The notes beneath the pieces were generated by a model that was given only the letters and a program-made list of their open reading frames with translations, searched no databases and had not been told where the DNA came from. Positions 49,017 through 61,403 of a DNA stretch of 64,000 nt are shown piece by piece. The first letter of the stretch is position 1. Every line of letters starts with the position of its first letter. The position numbers and the translations under genes were made by a program. The stretch is from assembly GCA_903813345.2 (NCBI GenBank), contig CAIIXF020000001.1, positions 38,440,001-38,504,000 on the forward strand, read 5' to 3'. The stretch comes from Owenia fusiformis. Taxonomy: Eukaryota.

Positions 49017-50150
49017 CAATGACACCGAGAATGTTGACACCTTCGACATATCCTTCAGAGTCAATGGCACCTAGGATGTTGACACCTTCGACATATCCTT
49101 CAGAGTCAGGCACCTAGGATGTTGACACCTTCGACATATCCTTCAGAGTCAGGCACCTAGGATGTTGACACCTTCGACATATCCTTCAGAGTCAATGGCA
49201 CCTAGGATGTTGACACCTTCGACATATCCTTCAGAGTCAATGGCACCTAGGATGTTGACACCTTCGACATATCCTTCAGAGTCAATGGCACCTAGGATGT
49301 TGACACCTTCGACATATCCTTCAGAGTCAATGGCACCTAGGATGTTGACACCTTCGACATATCCTTCAGAATCAATGGGACTTAGGATGTTGACACCTTC
49401 GACATATCCTTCAGCGTCAATGGGACTTAGGATGTTGAAACCTTCGACATATCCTTCAGAGTCAATGGCACCTAGGATGTTGACACCTTCGACATATCCT
49501 TCAGAGTCAATGGCACCTAGGATGTTGACACCTTCGACATATCCTTCAGAGTCAATGGCACCTAGGATGTTGACACCTTCGACATATCCTTCAGAGTCAA
49601 TGGCACCTAGGATGTTGACACCTTCGACATATCCTTCAGAGTCAATGGCACCTAGGATGTTGACACCTTCGACATATCCTTCAGAATCAATGGGACTTAG
49701 GATGTTGACACCTTCGACATATCCTTCAGCGTCAATGGGACTTAGGATGTTGAAACCTTCGACATATCCTTCAGAGTCAATGGCACCTAGGATGTTGACA
49801 CCTTCGACATATCCTTCAGAGTCAATGGCACCTAGGATGTTGACACCTTCGACATATCCTTCAGAGTCAATGGCACCTAGGATGTTGACACCTTCGACAT
49901 ATCCTTCAGAGTCAATGGCACCTAGGATGTTGACACCTTCGACATATCCTTCAGAGTCAATGGCACCTAGGATGTTGACACCTTCGACATATCCTTCAGA
50001 GTCAGGCACCTAGGATGTTGAAACCTTCGACATAACATTCAGCGTCAATGGCAACTATTTTATTACCTTCGACATATCCAAAGTCAAGTTTGTGACATCT
50101 GGGGCACATATTCCCGGGATGTTGACACCTTCGACATATCCTTCAGAGTC
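49017..50150. repeat. 45-bp minisatellite, ~23 copies plus degenerate edges, 315-bp higher-order repeat
   Basis: Unit ATGTTGACACCTTCGACATATCCTTCAGAGTCAATGGCACCTAGG; three 43-bp variants; variant block recurs at 49366 and 49681. Confidence 0.97.
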
Positions 50151-50618
50151 ACGGCACACACGTTGTCGCGATCGATTAATGCACATCCTTTCAAATCAAA
50201 GCAACCAGGCTGTTGCATTTCATTATTGGAACAACATCCTCCGACTAGGTATTAAATAATCAAATAAATTACCGCTTACCATAATTCCAATTCATCGAAT
50301 TGCATTTTCCTTCATTGGTAATGATAGGTTTGTATAACAGGCGATGGCACTCTTCCCAGTGATTGATCAGAACTAACATATATGATGTAACGAATCACTT
50401 CACTAAGTAACATAAACATGAAAACTCGGATCCAACTGGGATTATGACATTTTTCTACATAACAAAAAAGTTTAGTAGTTCACATAGTAAAGCTAAACAT
50501 CAATACAATTTAATTTTTGGCAAATAAACTTTATAGGTTGCTAGCGAGGATTCAATGGACAATCAGTCGTGAACAAAGGTCAACGAGGACCACGAAAGAC
50601 GTACCCATTTCAAATACT

Positions 50619-50869
50619 CACTACCCTACCCCATACTGCAGACTGTATTTCTTTAAAAGGGATACAGGCTGCAAATGGAGCAGGTATTCTCTATTTTTGT
50701 CTATGGGGCTTTTCTGGTGATAATACAATGCAAACTGCTTCGTAGATTATTAAAAAATATATGTAAAATGTCTCTGGTAAAATCTAGTAGGCCTACACCT
50801 TTTGCAACTTCACTGTAGCCTGTATCCCTTTTAAAGAAATACATGCTACGGTATGGGGGTAGGGTAGTG
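50619..50869. mobile_element. MITE with ~55-bp TIRs beginning CACTACCC
   Basis: CACTACCCTACCCC...TGTATTTCTTTAAAAGGGATACAGGCT inverted at both ends. Confidence 0.75.
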
Positions 50870-51956
50870 TGAAATAATCTCAAAGAAAACATTAGAGGCC
50901 TTTTCGGTAAAAGCAAGAGGCATACTTTTCCAGATATGTTCTTTTTGTTGAAAAATTTAGATGCAACATGGATGAACACTTTCCCGGAAATGACCTTTAC
51001 TAAATGGTTTAAATGGAGCTTTTGAAATAAGAATTCAGTTTTCGAAGCGATTTGTGTTACTCTTAAAAGAATTCCATGAATGAATGAATGAATATTACGA
51101 CGTCTATCACATTTTGTTCGACAAAACGTGATGCAAGTATTTCGTAAGCTCTTATAAGCTTTTTCGTAAGCTTAATTTGTTTATCAAAATCTTTTTTATC
51201 ATATATAGAGTGGGCCAAAAAATCAATACGTTTAAAGATGAATATCATATGATATATGTTAAACCATGCCATGTACATTGTATATCATTTTAAAGATAAA
51301 TCATTTCCTAACAATATGACACCATCTGATCGAAATACTTTTACTTTTCCTGTTGGGACCAGGTCACCAGGAGTGTTACGAGAGACCAAAGAATTGGTGT
51401 TACTTTTAGCCTCTCACTTCACAGGAACCAGAAGTTGTCATTAAGTATTGGTTGTTTGGCCCACACAGTAGATTGGTCAATAGCACCAGGTGCTGTGAAT
51501 CAATGTTTTGGGGAAAATAGAATGAGACATCTATTAAACCAGTTCTGAAATAAAAATATCAAATAATGGTGATATACGGATGTATGTGAAAGAACAAGTC
51601 TCGGTTTTGAGAACAGTCTCCTGGTCTAATAATTTTTTCATGAAAAATATAGAAATATCACCCAAATTAAATTATGAATGTTCAAAAGAGGACATTTAAA
51701 TATACAATATGTAAAAATATCAAAATTGTCCAAAGCAGGCGTAATGTGCAGTAGACTGATGAACTTCGTTCTCCAAACCGAGACTAGTCTTTTCAAAAGA
51801 CATAAGAATGCGTTGCAACATTTTCATGTACTTAAACTTATTATCTGCAAGTATGCAACTTGATATACTCCAGTATAAGCCTGGAACCATTTTTATTTTG
51901 AAGATCATTATGTTATTGTGACATACTAGGAAGAGTGTGGACTTTGTCGGGCACCT

Positions 51957-52013
51957 CATTATACCGATGCGTATTATACCGAAACCCATTATACCGACGC
52001 GCATTGTGCCGAA
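51957..52013. repeat. 15-bp tandem subrepeats (CATTATACCGANNCN), probably a DNA transposon subterminus
   Basis: About four copies seen. Confidence 0.55.
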
Positions 52014-52921
52014 AAACAACATAGGCTTACCGATGCGCGTGGTAAATAAATTGAAATTGAAATTGTACCGAAATCCGTGCCAGTGGGACGGCACATTGCC
52101 TTAACCCATCAGTTTTATGACGTGCACGTCCGCGTGGGAATATATCTTTACAGCGGGAATTTCAAGTTCAATTGTCAGTGTAGACATAAAAAGTTGCAGT
52201 CCTCAGTACGCATTTTCATATTTTCAATTGAAACTCGCAAGAACGGTGCTTTGAATCTAGCTCTATACTCTTTCAAAACGTCATGTAGACATGATTATGT
52301 ACATTTATGACAGTGCACAGTAACATTATATAGGCATAGAATAATAAAAGTGGAGCCTGAAAAGTCAAATATGGTGCTATGTTGAAAAGGAAAAGGAATT
52401 CTACTGTATCAGCATATAAAATAAATAGTATATATTACTTTACCATACACCTTGGTTCAAATTATACATGATTTTTTCATTGAACAGACAAGTCTTGAAA
52501 ATTAAAAATTCATTTTTATTTCCTTCCACAATATTTTAATATGAGACTGGATGTTAATCTGTTTTTAGATATTCATATTCATTTAAAAGTTTATCGCGCA
52601 AAGACATATTTTCAGATAAAGCTTAATTTAAAATCTTTGAACATCTTTACATCTCAGTTGCGGCCAGAAATTTTTTAACTGATGCTAGGCGTTTCTGATT
52701 GTGGGGTCGTCTCAACAAACCTAATTTCAGTTAACCATCAATTTCTGTATTTCTGGAGGATAAAGTCATAATTTTGTTATTTATGTTTGATTATGGTAAA
52801 CCCTGTATTTCATAAAATATATTTTACTGTGGTAAATTCTGTATTCAATGAAGTAAACATTTATTTATACTGTACATGTATTGTTTCATTGGTAGAACTA
52901 AATAAACGAGCTATTAAATAT

Positions 52922-53017
52922 ACATCCTCCGAACACAGGCCTCCAGAACTCGTACCTCCTTCGTAGAAGGAAGGAACTTTGTGGATGATGTCTGGAACCC
53001 TGCGTTCGGAGGATGTT
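52922..53017. repeat. Short inverted-repeat element
   Basis: ACATCCTCCGAAC(A/G)CAGG...CCTGCGTTCGGAGGATGT. Confidence 0.65.
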
Positions 53018-54024
53018 AAACATAAAGCTTGAACTTGATAATTACTGTATTTTCGATCGTGTGCTGATGGGGACAGAAATTGTTGTCATGGAGAGAGAGC
53101 AAGATACGTTGTCATGGAGATAGTAAGAAACGCATTCATTTGTTTTACTTTAAATCTTTCCAAATCCAAGTGTGATTTTTATCAATGTTATTTCATTTTC
53201 TAACCATTTCACAAACATTTCATATAATACTTCTAAATTGGCATCATTTCCATGTTTAAATTGCTTATACAGTTTTTGGCTACTGGTATTATTTCTATCA
53301 TCAGTTTTCATTCCCACAAACGAAATATCAATCATTTTGCCCAATTTTTCAGTTTCATTATTTTGAAACATTGAATGTTTTCAATAAAACATGTTTTAAA
53401 TCAATACTAGGCTTAGCAGGTCATCTGATTCTCATTTTGATTTTGATTTGAACTGATTCTCAATTGGGACCCATAGGGACTTTTCCCCACCGTTCTTGGT
53501 TGAGTATAAGTCATGGCTCTAATTGGTACAAAAAATAAGCTACCCACGAATGCTGTTTTTCCTCCGGGGCCTTGTCAGAACTGACGAAAACAATGGTGTA
53601 GACATTTCTGGATTATTTCCGATGTTTCTTTTTGTTGCTACCTCATTTCTCAAAGTATCCATGCCAATTTCTTGACTCTGTTGAAAGCCCATGGCCTAAT
53701 CAACCGTTCCTCCTTATCTTTTGATGACCGCACAAAATGATAGAGCTTGGGAACCGACTGTGCCAAATGCTACCGTAACGGATATTGCAGCTATGTGTGT
53801 TGTGTTTTCAAGTGTTATTTTATATATGTCCGACAAATCGAATTATGGTTTTGATACTATCTATCGTAGATGTATTTAATAGTATCTAGATGTCTCGTTT
53901 ATTCATTTGACCAATAAAAATCATAACTGCCTGGAAAGTAATATGAATAAAGTATGTAAATAAATGAATTAAAACGTCAAATTAAGAAGCAAAAGTCTTT
54001 TCTGGGTCACTGCGAATGGCATGA

Positions 54025-54364
54025 TTTCCTCGAGTCTCTTCAGTTGTAAGGCAACCATACTGGGACCGATTCACGTCGTTCCACTACTGCCCTTGGTGGG
54101 GGCCCGCTACCATACTGTATGACTCCCGGAGTTTACTAAAGCACGTTAGTGGAGGAACCAACCACAGTCTCACAATCTGTCTCCGGCAAGAGCGGCCAGA
54201 GAACCAACCCATGCCAAGGGCCGGTAAACGGTTGGACCTTCGGACCGGGTGTCCGTAGTGACAATGATCAATAACTCCGTACCTGGGGCTCGAACGCGGG
54301 ACCTCCGTATCCCACGACGTTCAACCGCAAAGTAGCCTCAGTCTACACCACTAGGCTACCCTGC
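54025..54364 (-). mobile_element. tRNA-derived SINE
   Basis: GC-rich island with Pol III A box TAGCCTAGTGG (54358-54348), B box GTTCGAGCC (54295-54287) and a ~250-bp non-tRNA body. Confidence 0.75.
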
Positions 54365-56124
54365 TTAGGTGTCAAAACTGCTAAAAAATAATGTAGTTGT
54401 TACAATTATTTGCTTGGATAAACATGATATTACATTTCTTCATTGATTAATTGGATTTAGTTGGAATTGAAGTTCGACCAACGAACAAGGCAATGCAATC
54501 AACAACTCTTGCAAATGTGAACGCGAGTCGTAAAGACAGAAAGTACAAGAATCGTGATCAATGTAAAGTATAATATTTTAGACACATCTTTGAATATCGG
54601 GTAGGAGCAACATTCCAAAATGAAGAAGAATCATTTAGAACACTTGATTTGTTGCCAATATATCAATTGCGTCTCAAATGAATGAAAAAAAGGTATCGCG
54701 GGTCGTTAAAGCCGATGAGTGAAAACATATTATTATTGACGCATCGAGATCGCTCAATATAACGGTAAGTGAATAGGATACGTCGAGGAAAATAAGCTAT
54801 TTCGACGCTTGAAATAATCTAATTACGCTTATTAATAATTACGCGTGGCTATAAACACAAGTGTTGTGTAGAACAAAAACAAGAAAACTGAACGACCTAT
54901 TAAGGAACTGTACTTCAGTTTCAAAGTGTTCAAGATATTTTCGCATCTTCAAAAACACAAATTTTATATTTTAGGCTATCCATATTTTGTCAGATATCTC
55001 CAATTCATATTACAGGGAAAACATGTTTCCGAAAAGAATTTACACTCGCTACTCAAAATGAGGCATGGACACAAGTACAGAGAATAGCCTAGGGAAGGCA
55101 TCTATCTAATAGTGGCTTTTCCATATAGCTTTGAAATCTCGTTAAGGTCTCGTTTTAATGAGATTTGGAGATCTGCATTTTTAACCACTAAAGACTAATA
55201 CTTTCTTCTATTTGAATTCTGTTCGTAATTTTCTATCAAAACAACTAAGTTTTTGCACTGTTATTAACCTATATTCAAATTCTAGAGATTTTCAAGTTTT
55301 CTAAAAATGGTCGGGCTAAATCCCGATGTTGAAAAACCTTCAAAAGTTCATTTACTTTTACAAGGATCACAATTTTAATGTGAAATCACAATCTATATGT
55401 CAATAATAGTTACATTCTAATGGTGTTTTAAGTTGATTCAAATGGTATTACTTGTTAAATCAAGAGATTAAGTGACTCTTGTCATGTTATTTAGCCCTGC
55501 CTATACCCATGATGCCATCTATTTTTCCATTTATATGGAAAGGGTCTTAACGTGTGGCTAGCCATGCTTTACCAAGATGAATAAATGCACGTAAACCTTT
55601 GGTTTGTAAAATCGTTTATTAAAGTAGAATACGTAATGCTTGATTTCTCGGTAATTAGACGGACCAATTTCATCTTTGTATTTAACGACATTTTAGATGA
55701 TGATTTTTTATTACTATGCCCCTCATAGTAGTACTTGAATCATGACAATAGAACGCATGGAACATCGTTGAATTCCAAGCAGATATAAATGTGACACAAG
55801 TCGTATTTTATAAATCCTGAGGAAGGTAACGGTTAATGTATGTTCCACTAATGAAAACTTTTGTTTCTTCTATAATTATTTTATTTATTTTAATATCAAA
55901 TAAAAACAATTTACATACAGTTACATTCAATACATACATACAATGTACACTACAATACAGATCAACAGAAAATGAATACATGAAAAATGAATGGGACGGA
56001 TATTCATATTTGGCTATTGCACATCATAATGTGCATATGTGCCATGTGGAATTGTCACTATTCATTCATCTCAATTATAGGCTCCAAACAGCACTTAAAT
56101 CCATTAATAAGTGTTCATTGTCAC

Positions 56125-56785
56125 AGACTTTATTACAATTTGTTTGTTGTTTGAGACGTTTCGAATGCAAACTGCATCCATGATCACTTGAAAACAGTTG
56201 AAATGAATACAGGTAAATCTACCACTACGTCATTAAACCTTAACAACGTCAAAAAATAATTAATTGCTATGGCAATATAACTTCATCTCACAAGCGATCT
56301 AGATTGAAGTTGCCCATGTCTCTATTAAAGTTTTTATGTTTTCTAATGTGAATGGCTTCTCTTATCAACCTATTGTTTCTGTTCCTTTCTGTGCTAACTA
56401 TTTTATAATTGTTCCAATCAATATCGTGGTTATCTTGGAGAATATGATCTGTTATCGCTGATTTATTAAAGCTCTTTTTTATTGTTTCTAGACGTAGTGA
56501 CTCTTTTTCTTATATGCTTTTGTTTTGTGTTCATTGATGCGAGTGCCAAGAGGTCTACTTGTTTCTCCTACGTGTATGTAACTTTTATTACAATTGTTGC
56601 ATGGAACTTGATATACCACGTTCGCTTTGCGATCCTGTTTGACCTTATCTTTAGGATATTTCGAAGTGTTTGCATAGGTTTAAAAGCTACTTCGATATTT
56701 TTTCTTCATTATTCTTCTAATTTGCTCTGATACATTTTTCACATAGGGTATGGTTACTACCTTTTTTATTTCTGTCTTGGGCTTA
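56125..56785 (-). mobile_element. Decayed 3' part of a Penelope-like retroelement (GIY-YIG endonuclease)
   Basis: Frameshifted VVTIPYVKNVSEQIRRIMKK / PKDKVKQDRKANVVYQVPCNNCNKSYIHVGETSRPLGTRINEHK / KSAITDHILQDNHDIDWNNYKI...RLIREAIHIR...NRDMG; AATAAA at 56129-56134. Confidence 0.9.
56147..56197 (-). ncRNA. Degenerate Penelope-type minimal hammerhead ribozyme (probably inactive)
   Basis: GTGATCA-T-GGATGCA-GTT-TGCATTC-GAAAC-GTC: stem II and GAAAC/GUC intact; CUGANGA box has two substitutions. Confidence 0.6.
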
Positions 56786-56947
56786 GTGGAACATCAATTG
56801 TGAATTTGAGCTTAGTGGAATATCACTTGTGGAAAATGCACAAGCATTCACCTCAACGGAATTAAATATTTGTATAATATCACAAGTTCCTTCACGGAAG
56901 GCAGGAAGGCATATAATAGCTTGATGAGAGAGATGGGAAGATAGTAG

Positions 56948-58093
56948 CTACTCTAAAATCAGATGAGATACTTCATTAATATCTACATGTACATCTAACC
57001 ATTCTTGACATGTTTTTATCGGTCTGAACTTATCTGGCAACTCCCTTAAATAATTGTGAAACATTACATACGAAGCATTGTCAGAAAATGTTCTCACAAA
57101 TGTGAACTGCCGTTCGGGTGGCAGCTGCTTATCAATGGTATCATATTCATCAAAGTCCGACTGTACAGCAATGTCTATGGCTGACGAGATGAAATCACTA
57201 CACGCAGTTGAACACGTATCAATCCACTGTTCTGGTTGATCACGATTTACAGCTACTATATCTGGATTTGTTTCAAGCATTCCGTCGACCCGTTTCATCA
57301 TAGCAAATGTCTTCTCTCGTTGAATGAAGTCACCATCAAATTGCATACTTTCATTTATGTCTCTAAATCGACGTCCACTGGACAACGAATCCAGTTTAAT
57401 AGGTTTTATAACATCAACTGTACCGTTATTGGATTGAAAATGACATGACACTTTTGACTGGTATTTCCTTTTATTTATCTGTCCATGTTGTGAGGAGTTT
57501 GCGTATGAAGAAGAAAAACTTGACGTCATCTTACTCCGTACACCTTCGTCAGGAGGTCGAGTTTCGTTGACAACACCATGATCATTCAGACATATCCTTT
57601 TGATTCTTTTCTTTATACGGTCTTCATTATACAATGAATTATTCAGGGCAAACCTGTTAGAGAACGTATCATTCTGTAAAATTGGTGTCTTTTCTTCACC
57701 GCCTTGCCAGGTGGAAGTTGATCTCGATAAGTTACGTAATGAACGTTCGATGTTCATCGGTGAATCACTGGAATTTTCATTTAGGCTGGATGTTACTTTA
57801 TTTAGAACCTTGCTACTTAACTTCAGTGGTTTAGATGGTAGTGTATCCAATGGTTTCAACATAAAGTTCCTCTGTTTAGCTTCACCATCATGTGTGTTTG
57901 GTTTATACGTCTTCCAGTGTGCCTTTGCTAATGATTCAACACGCTTCCAGTTCGCAACACCTCGTTTGATTTCATCAAGACGTTGACGCTTCGCTTTATT
58001 ACTCACAGAGGTAGAAGGGACGCTATTCTGGGCTATTTTCTTGGCTTCATCTTCTCTCATCATTACTGTGTTCATCAGTATTCGAGTTGACAT
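56948..58093 (-). CDS. Intronless 381-aa hypothetical protein, Ser/Asn/Lys-rich, no recognised domain
   Basis: 1146-nt stop-free non-repetitive ORF in AT-rich DNA; no transposon motifs recognised. Confidence 0.65.
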   Translation of the reverse strand: MSTRILMNTVMMREDEAKKIAQNSVPSTSVSNKAKRQRLDEIKRGVANWKRVESLAKAHWKTYKPNTHDGEAKQRNFMLKPLDTLPSKPLKLSSKVLNKVTSSLNENSSDSPMNIERSLRNLSRSTSTWQGGEEKTPILQNDTFSNRFALNNSLYNEDRIKKRIKRICLNDHGVVNETRPPDEGVRSKMTSSFSSSYANSSQHGQINKRKYQSKVSCHFQSNNGTVDVIKPIKLDSLSSGRRFRDINESMQFDGDFIQREKTFAMMKRVDGMLETNPDIVAVNRDQPEQWIDTCSTACSDFISSAIDIAVQSDFDEYDTIDKQLPPERQFTFVRTFSDNASYVMFHNYLRELPDKFRPIKTCQEWLDVHVDINEVSHLILE

Positions 58094-59842
58094 AACGTCT
58101 GTTGTGTTGGTTCGGATCTTAGCGGCGTTGACTCAAATTCTTATCTATTGGATTGATGTTCGATTGATCCGAAGATGAAGAAAAGACTATATTCTCTTAA
58201 TGTTTGTATTGTTTGTATTTGTTTTCCTTTGCGTATCCAGTAACTTTTCAAACAAAAGTTCAAAGTCTTGTATTTACAATCCATTTGGTATTATCTCAAA
58301 AGAGTGGCATCATAGTACTTATGTGATCAATTAAAACAACACTAATTCTATATATTCTGTATCAAAATCCGAAATATCATTGGATTGAATTGTTTATATT
58401 TGATATGGTGGTATCTAGATACAGGTCTAGAATATACGTCGAATAATAAATTAATCGTTTTGTATCGGTAAACGGCTTAATGGTAATGTGGGTATTAGTT
58501 GAGCTAAGTAGCCAATATGAAAGACGCTATTTACACGAGTAATATTGAATATACCATTGGAAAGAAATAGATGTCAGGAGTATAACATCATGATAAACCA
58601 TGACATCTCATTTCTTCTCAGCCCTGAAGTGAAACAGAAAGATGCTATGAGTATCAGAATGGGAGTATAAATGCGATAATAATGATGAATTATCATATTG
58701 TTAAATAGATGATCAAAATAGGACTTTCTCGATTGGGGAACAACATGAAGCACCAAGCAACCATCGTATGAAACTTTGAACTTGGTGTAATTCAGAGTGT
58801 GTTCCACATACGCAGTACTCTCCCCTTCCAAAAGTTGCATTACAACCAAGTGTCAAATAACTTTCTACGTTTACCTCAATTGAATCACACTTTTCAGCCA
58901 GGGTTTTCAGCTTAGATATACTTCTATTGTTTTCTCCAGAGTAATCCTGCTTGATCGCATCATGCTATTACAGAAGGCATAAATGAAACCATTCAGTATT
59001 CTTTGAATTATATTGAATATATCAAAAGCGCAGTACCCCCTAGTTGGATGTAGTAAAGTACACTAAAATGAAGTTTAATGAAAATGAAAGGAATAACACT
59101 AGTGATCTACATACCTGCACTTTACTTTGAATTATTCAAATTCAAACAAAAAGATAAGACTAAACATTTTAACTCCTGGAAGAGGAGTGAACTTAAATAT
59201 ACCTTGACTGAACAGTTTACTTAGTTTTTTTAAACATGCAACTTGCATTGATGTTTTACGAATACTAATCCGAGATATGTAGCATTTTAAATCAAAAACT
59301 CAAGAGTAGAATATGCAACCGATATCTGTCATTTATATCCTTATAAATAAATTAACTTTTTGACAAAGACATTACAAGATAGTATATCTCCATGCAAGAA
59401 AAGTGCATTGGAAAAAGTGCATGCTAATAAGATTGATTGGACAATGAAATAGACTATGACATACCAACAAAATAATGCGTTTTTTAATTGTCCCTGAGAA
59501 ATTGAACTCTCAAGTTTGACAGTTTTGGTGGCTTTCTCAATATATTTTAATCATTCGTATGAATTGGCTTTTGTTAAATATGTTTTTTGTTTCTGAATAT
59601 TTTATGTCAAATGTTACCCTTCGTAGTTTATTTTAATTGAATATCGATGTGTTTTTCCATTTTCGTTGACTTGTTCTTCACTACGTTCCGCAGGGAGTCG
59701 AATGAGGAGAGATGTACGTTAAATGATGGTATAGAGGTCCGTGCTGGGTAAATCATGTTTATCATTGGTAGTCATTTTGATAGATGGCGGTAGTAAAAGA
59801 CTGGATATGCTTGGTCTGTAATTGAGACTCTTGAACTAACTA

Positions 59843-60079
59843 CAGTAAAACATGTAGATCCGAACAATTGGCCAATCAGAACACCTTCCAATCTAGTAAA
59901 CAGTCATATTTGAAATATTGTCTAATGTCAACTATAAATATTTATTGAGAATGTGCTCATATTTCTTCAAAGTCCAGAATCTCGCAAATGCAAAAACCTT
60001 GAAATATGAACACCTTCTAATCTTTATCCGAACGTTTTTAGATGGTCTCTGTGACGTTCGGGTTAGACAGGTTTTACTG
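59843..60079. mobile_element. Tc1/mariner (pogo/Tigger-like) MITE
   Basis: TA|CAGTAAAACATGT...ACAGGTTTTACTG|TA. Confidence 0.75.
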
Positions 60080-61099
60080 TAGTAGTAACTCTTTATACGA
60101 ATTAAATAAAATGAACTGCATTTAAACGAAACAATTTGGTTTTTAGTCGAATAATATTTCTTTTGTCAATACATTTAATCCCATGGAATCCAATAGGTCC
60201 TTTCAAATTTTGCACAATATAATAGTATAATACCATAATACGTTCACGATGTATTGACCTGTAACGTACTACTCCTTTAACATTAGTTACAAGTTGCAGT
60301 TCGACATAAAAACGCAGTTGGTCCTTACCTTAAGTCGATTATCCTGACAAAAACGAGAACCCAAAATAGTCGATTAATTCGAAATATTACAGATAAAATT
60401 GTATAACAAATAAAAAACACAAAATGCCAGTTTAGTTTAATACGTGACAAGTTCTAGCTAACATAGTACACAGCAGTCAGAATGAAGAAAAGACCACTCA
60501 AAGTTGAATAGTATAAATCAGCTTAAATGAGATCACATTTCATTTTCTTTCACAAAGGAGTTTTCACTTCTAAAATAATATGACTAGGCTATCGATGATT
60601 AATCATGTTAGAAGTGGAGTATTATGTATAAATAGAGAGAGGGGTAAATACACACGACGACAATTGGAAGTCCTTAACCACATTGATCCTTCAGAAAGCA
60701 CAGAAGAAACTGTTGGATATGTCGATATTATACAACACTCAACCGCTATGATTAATAACTGTTTAACGAAATAGAACCTCATCAATGAGTGTCGAATGCA
60801 GAATGACATTATTCAAAAATGAAGGTCACTAATGACTACCATTTTAAGGCATTTTATTCGAAACGCATCAGGAAGAGCATACACGTTACAACAATTTTTG
60901 CTGATTCTATGATTGTACTAATGATAATGAAATAAGGTACCATGGTACAAGTACTCCTAAAAAGGCATGATATCCAGGATAAAACCAATTGACAGAAATG
61001 CCATCGCAACGAAGGATAAGCAGGTCAGCAGATCTGGCTTACAATCCAGATCAAATGGCCAATCAAAGGAGAGGCATACAACGACTAGAGACAAGTCAT

Positions 61100-61403
61100 C
61101 CGCTCATCAAAGGTATTTGATTGAATGTATATATTTGGAATTTAATATTTTCACGTGTTCGATCATGATCAATATTGTTACCGTGGTAACCTGAGACAAT
61201 CTTCAAATAAATAATGAAACGTACTATAAATCATCGAGTTTGGATTATTACCGCTCATCAAAGGTATTTGATTGAATGTATATATTTGGAATTTAATAGT
61301 TTCACGTGTTCGATCATGATCAATATTGTTACCGTGGTAACCTGAGACAATCTTCAAATAAATAATGAAACGTACTATAAATCATCGAGTTTGGATTATT
61401 ACC
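61100..61403. repeat. 151-bp tandem duplication
   Basis: CCGCTCATCAAAGG... at 61100 and 61251; one mismatch seen. Confidence 0.95.

Noticed and set aside
49149..50013. 283-aa and 286-aa repeat ORFs as protein genes, or the array as CRISPR
   Set aside because: Frames are open because the 45-bp unit lacks stops, and 43-bp variants shift frame. There are no unique spacers or cas genes, and the context is eukaryotic.
53150..53695. Coding-looking minus-strand stretch, including a 73-aa ORF
   Set aside because: Interrupted by stops and no recognisable motif; cannot be supported.
54022..54045. Hammerhead motif CTGAAGA...GAAA at the SINE 3' end (minus strand)
   Set aside because: The intervening GACTCGAG cannot form a closed stem II.
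54270..54364. Functional tRNA gene
   Set aside because: No convincing cloverleaf or T-run terminator; it continues into a SINE-like body.
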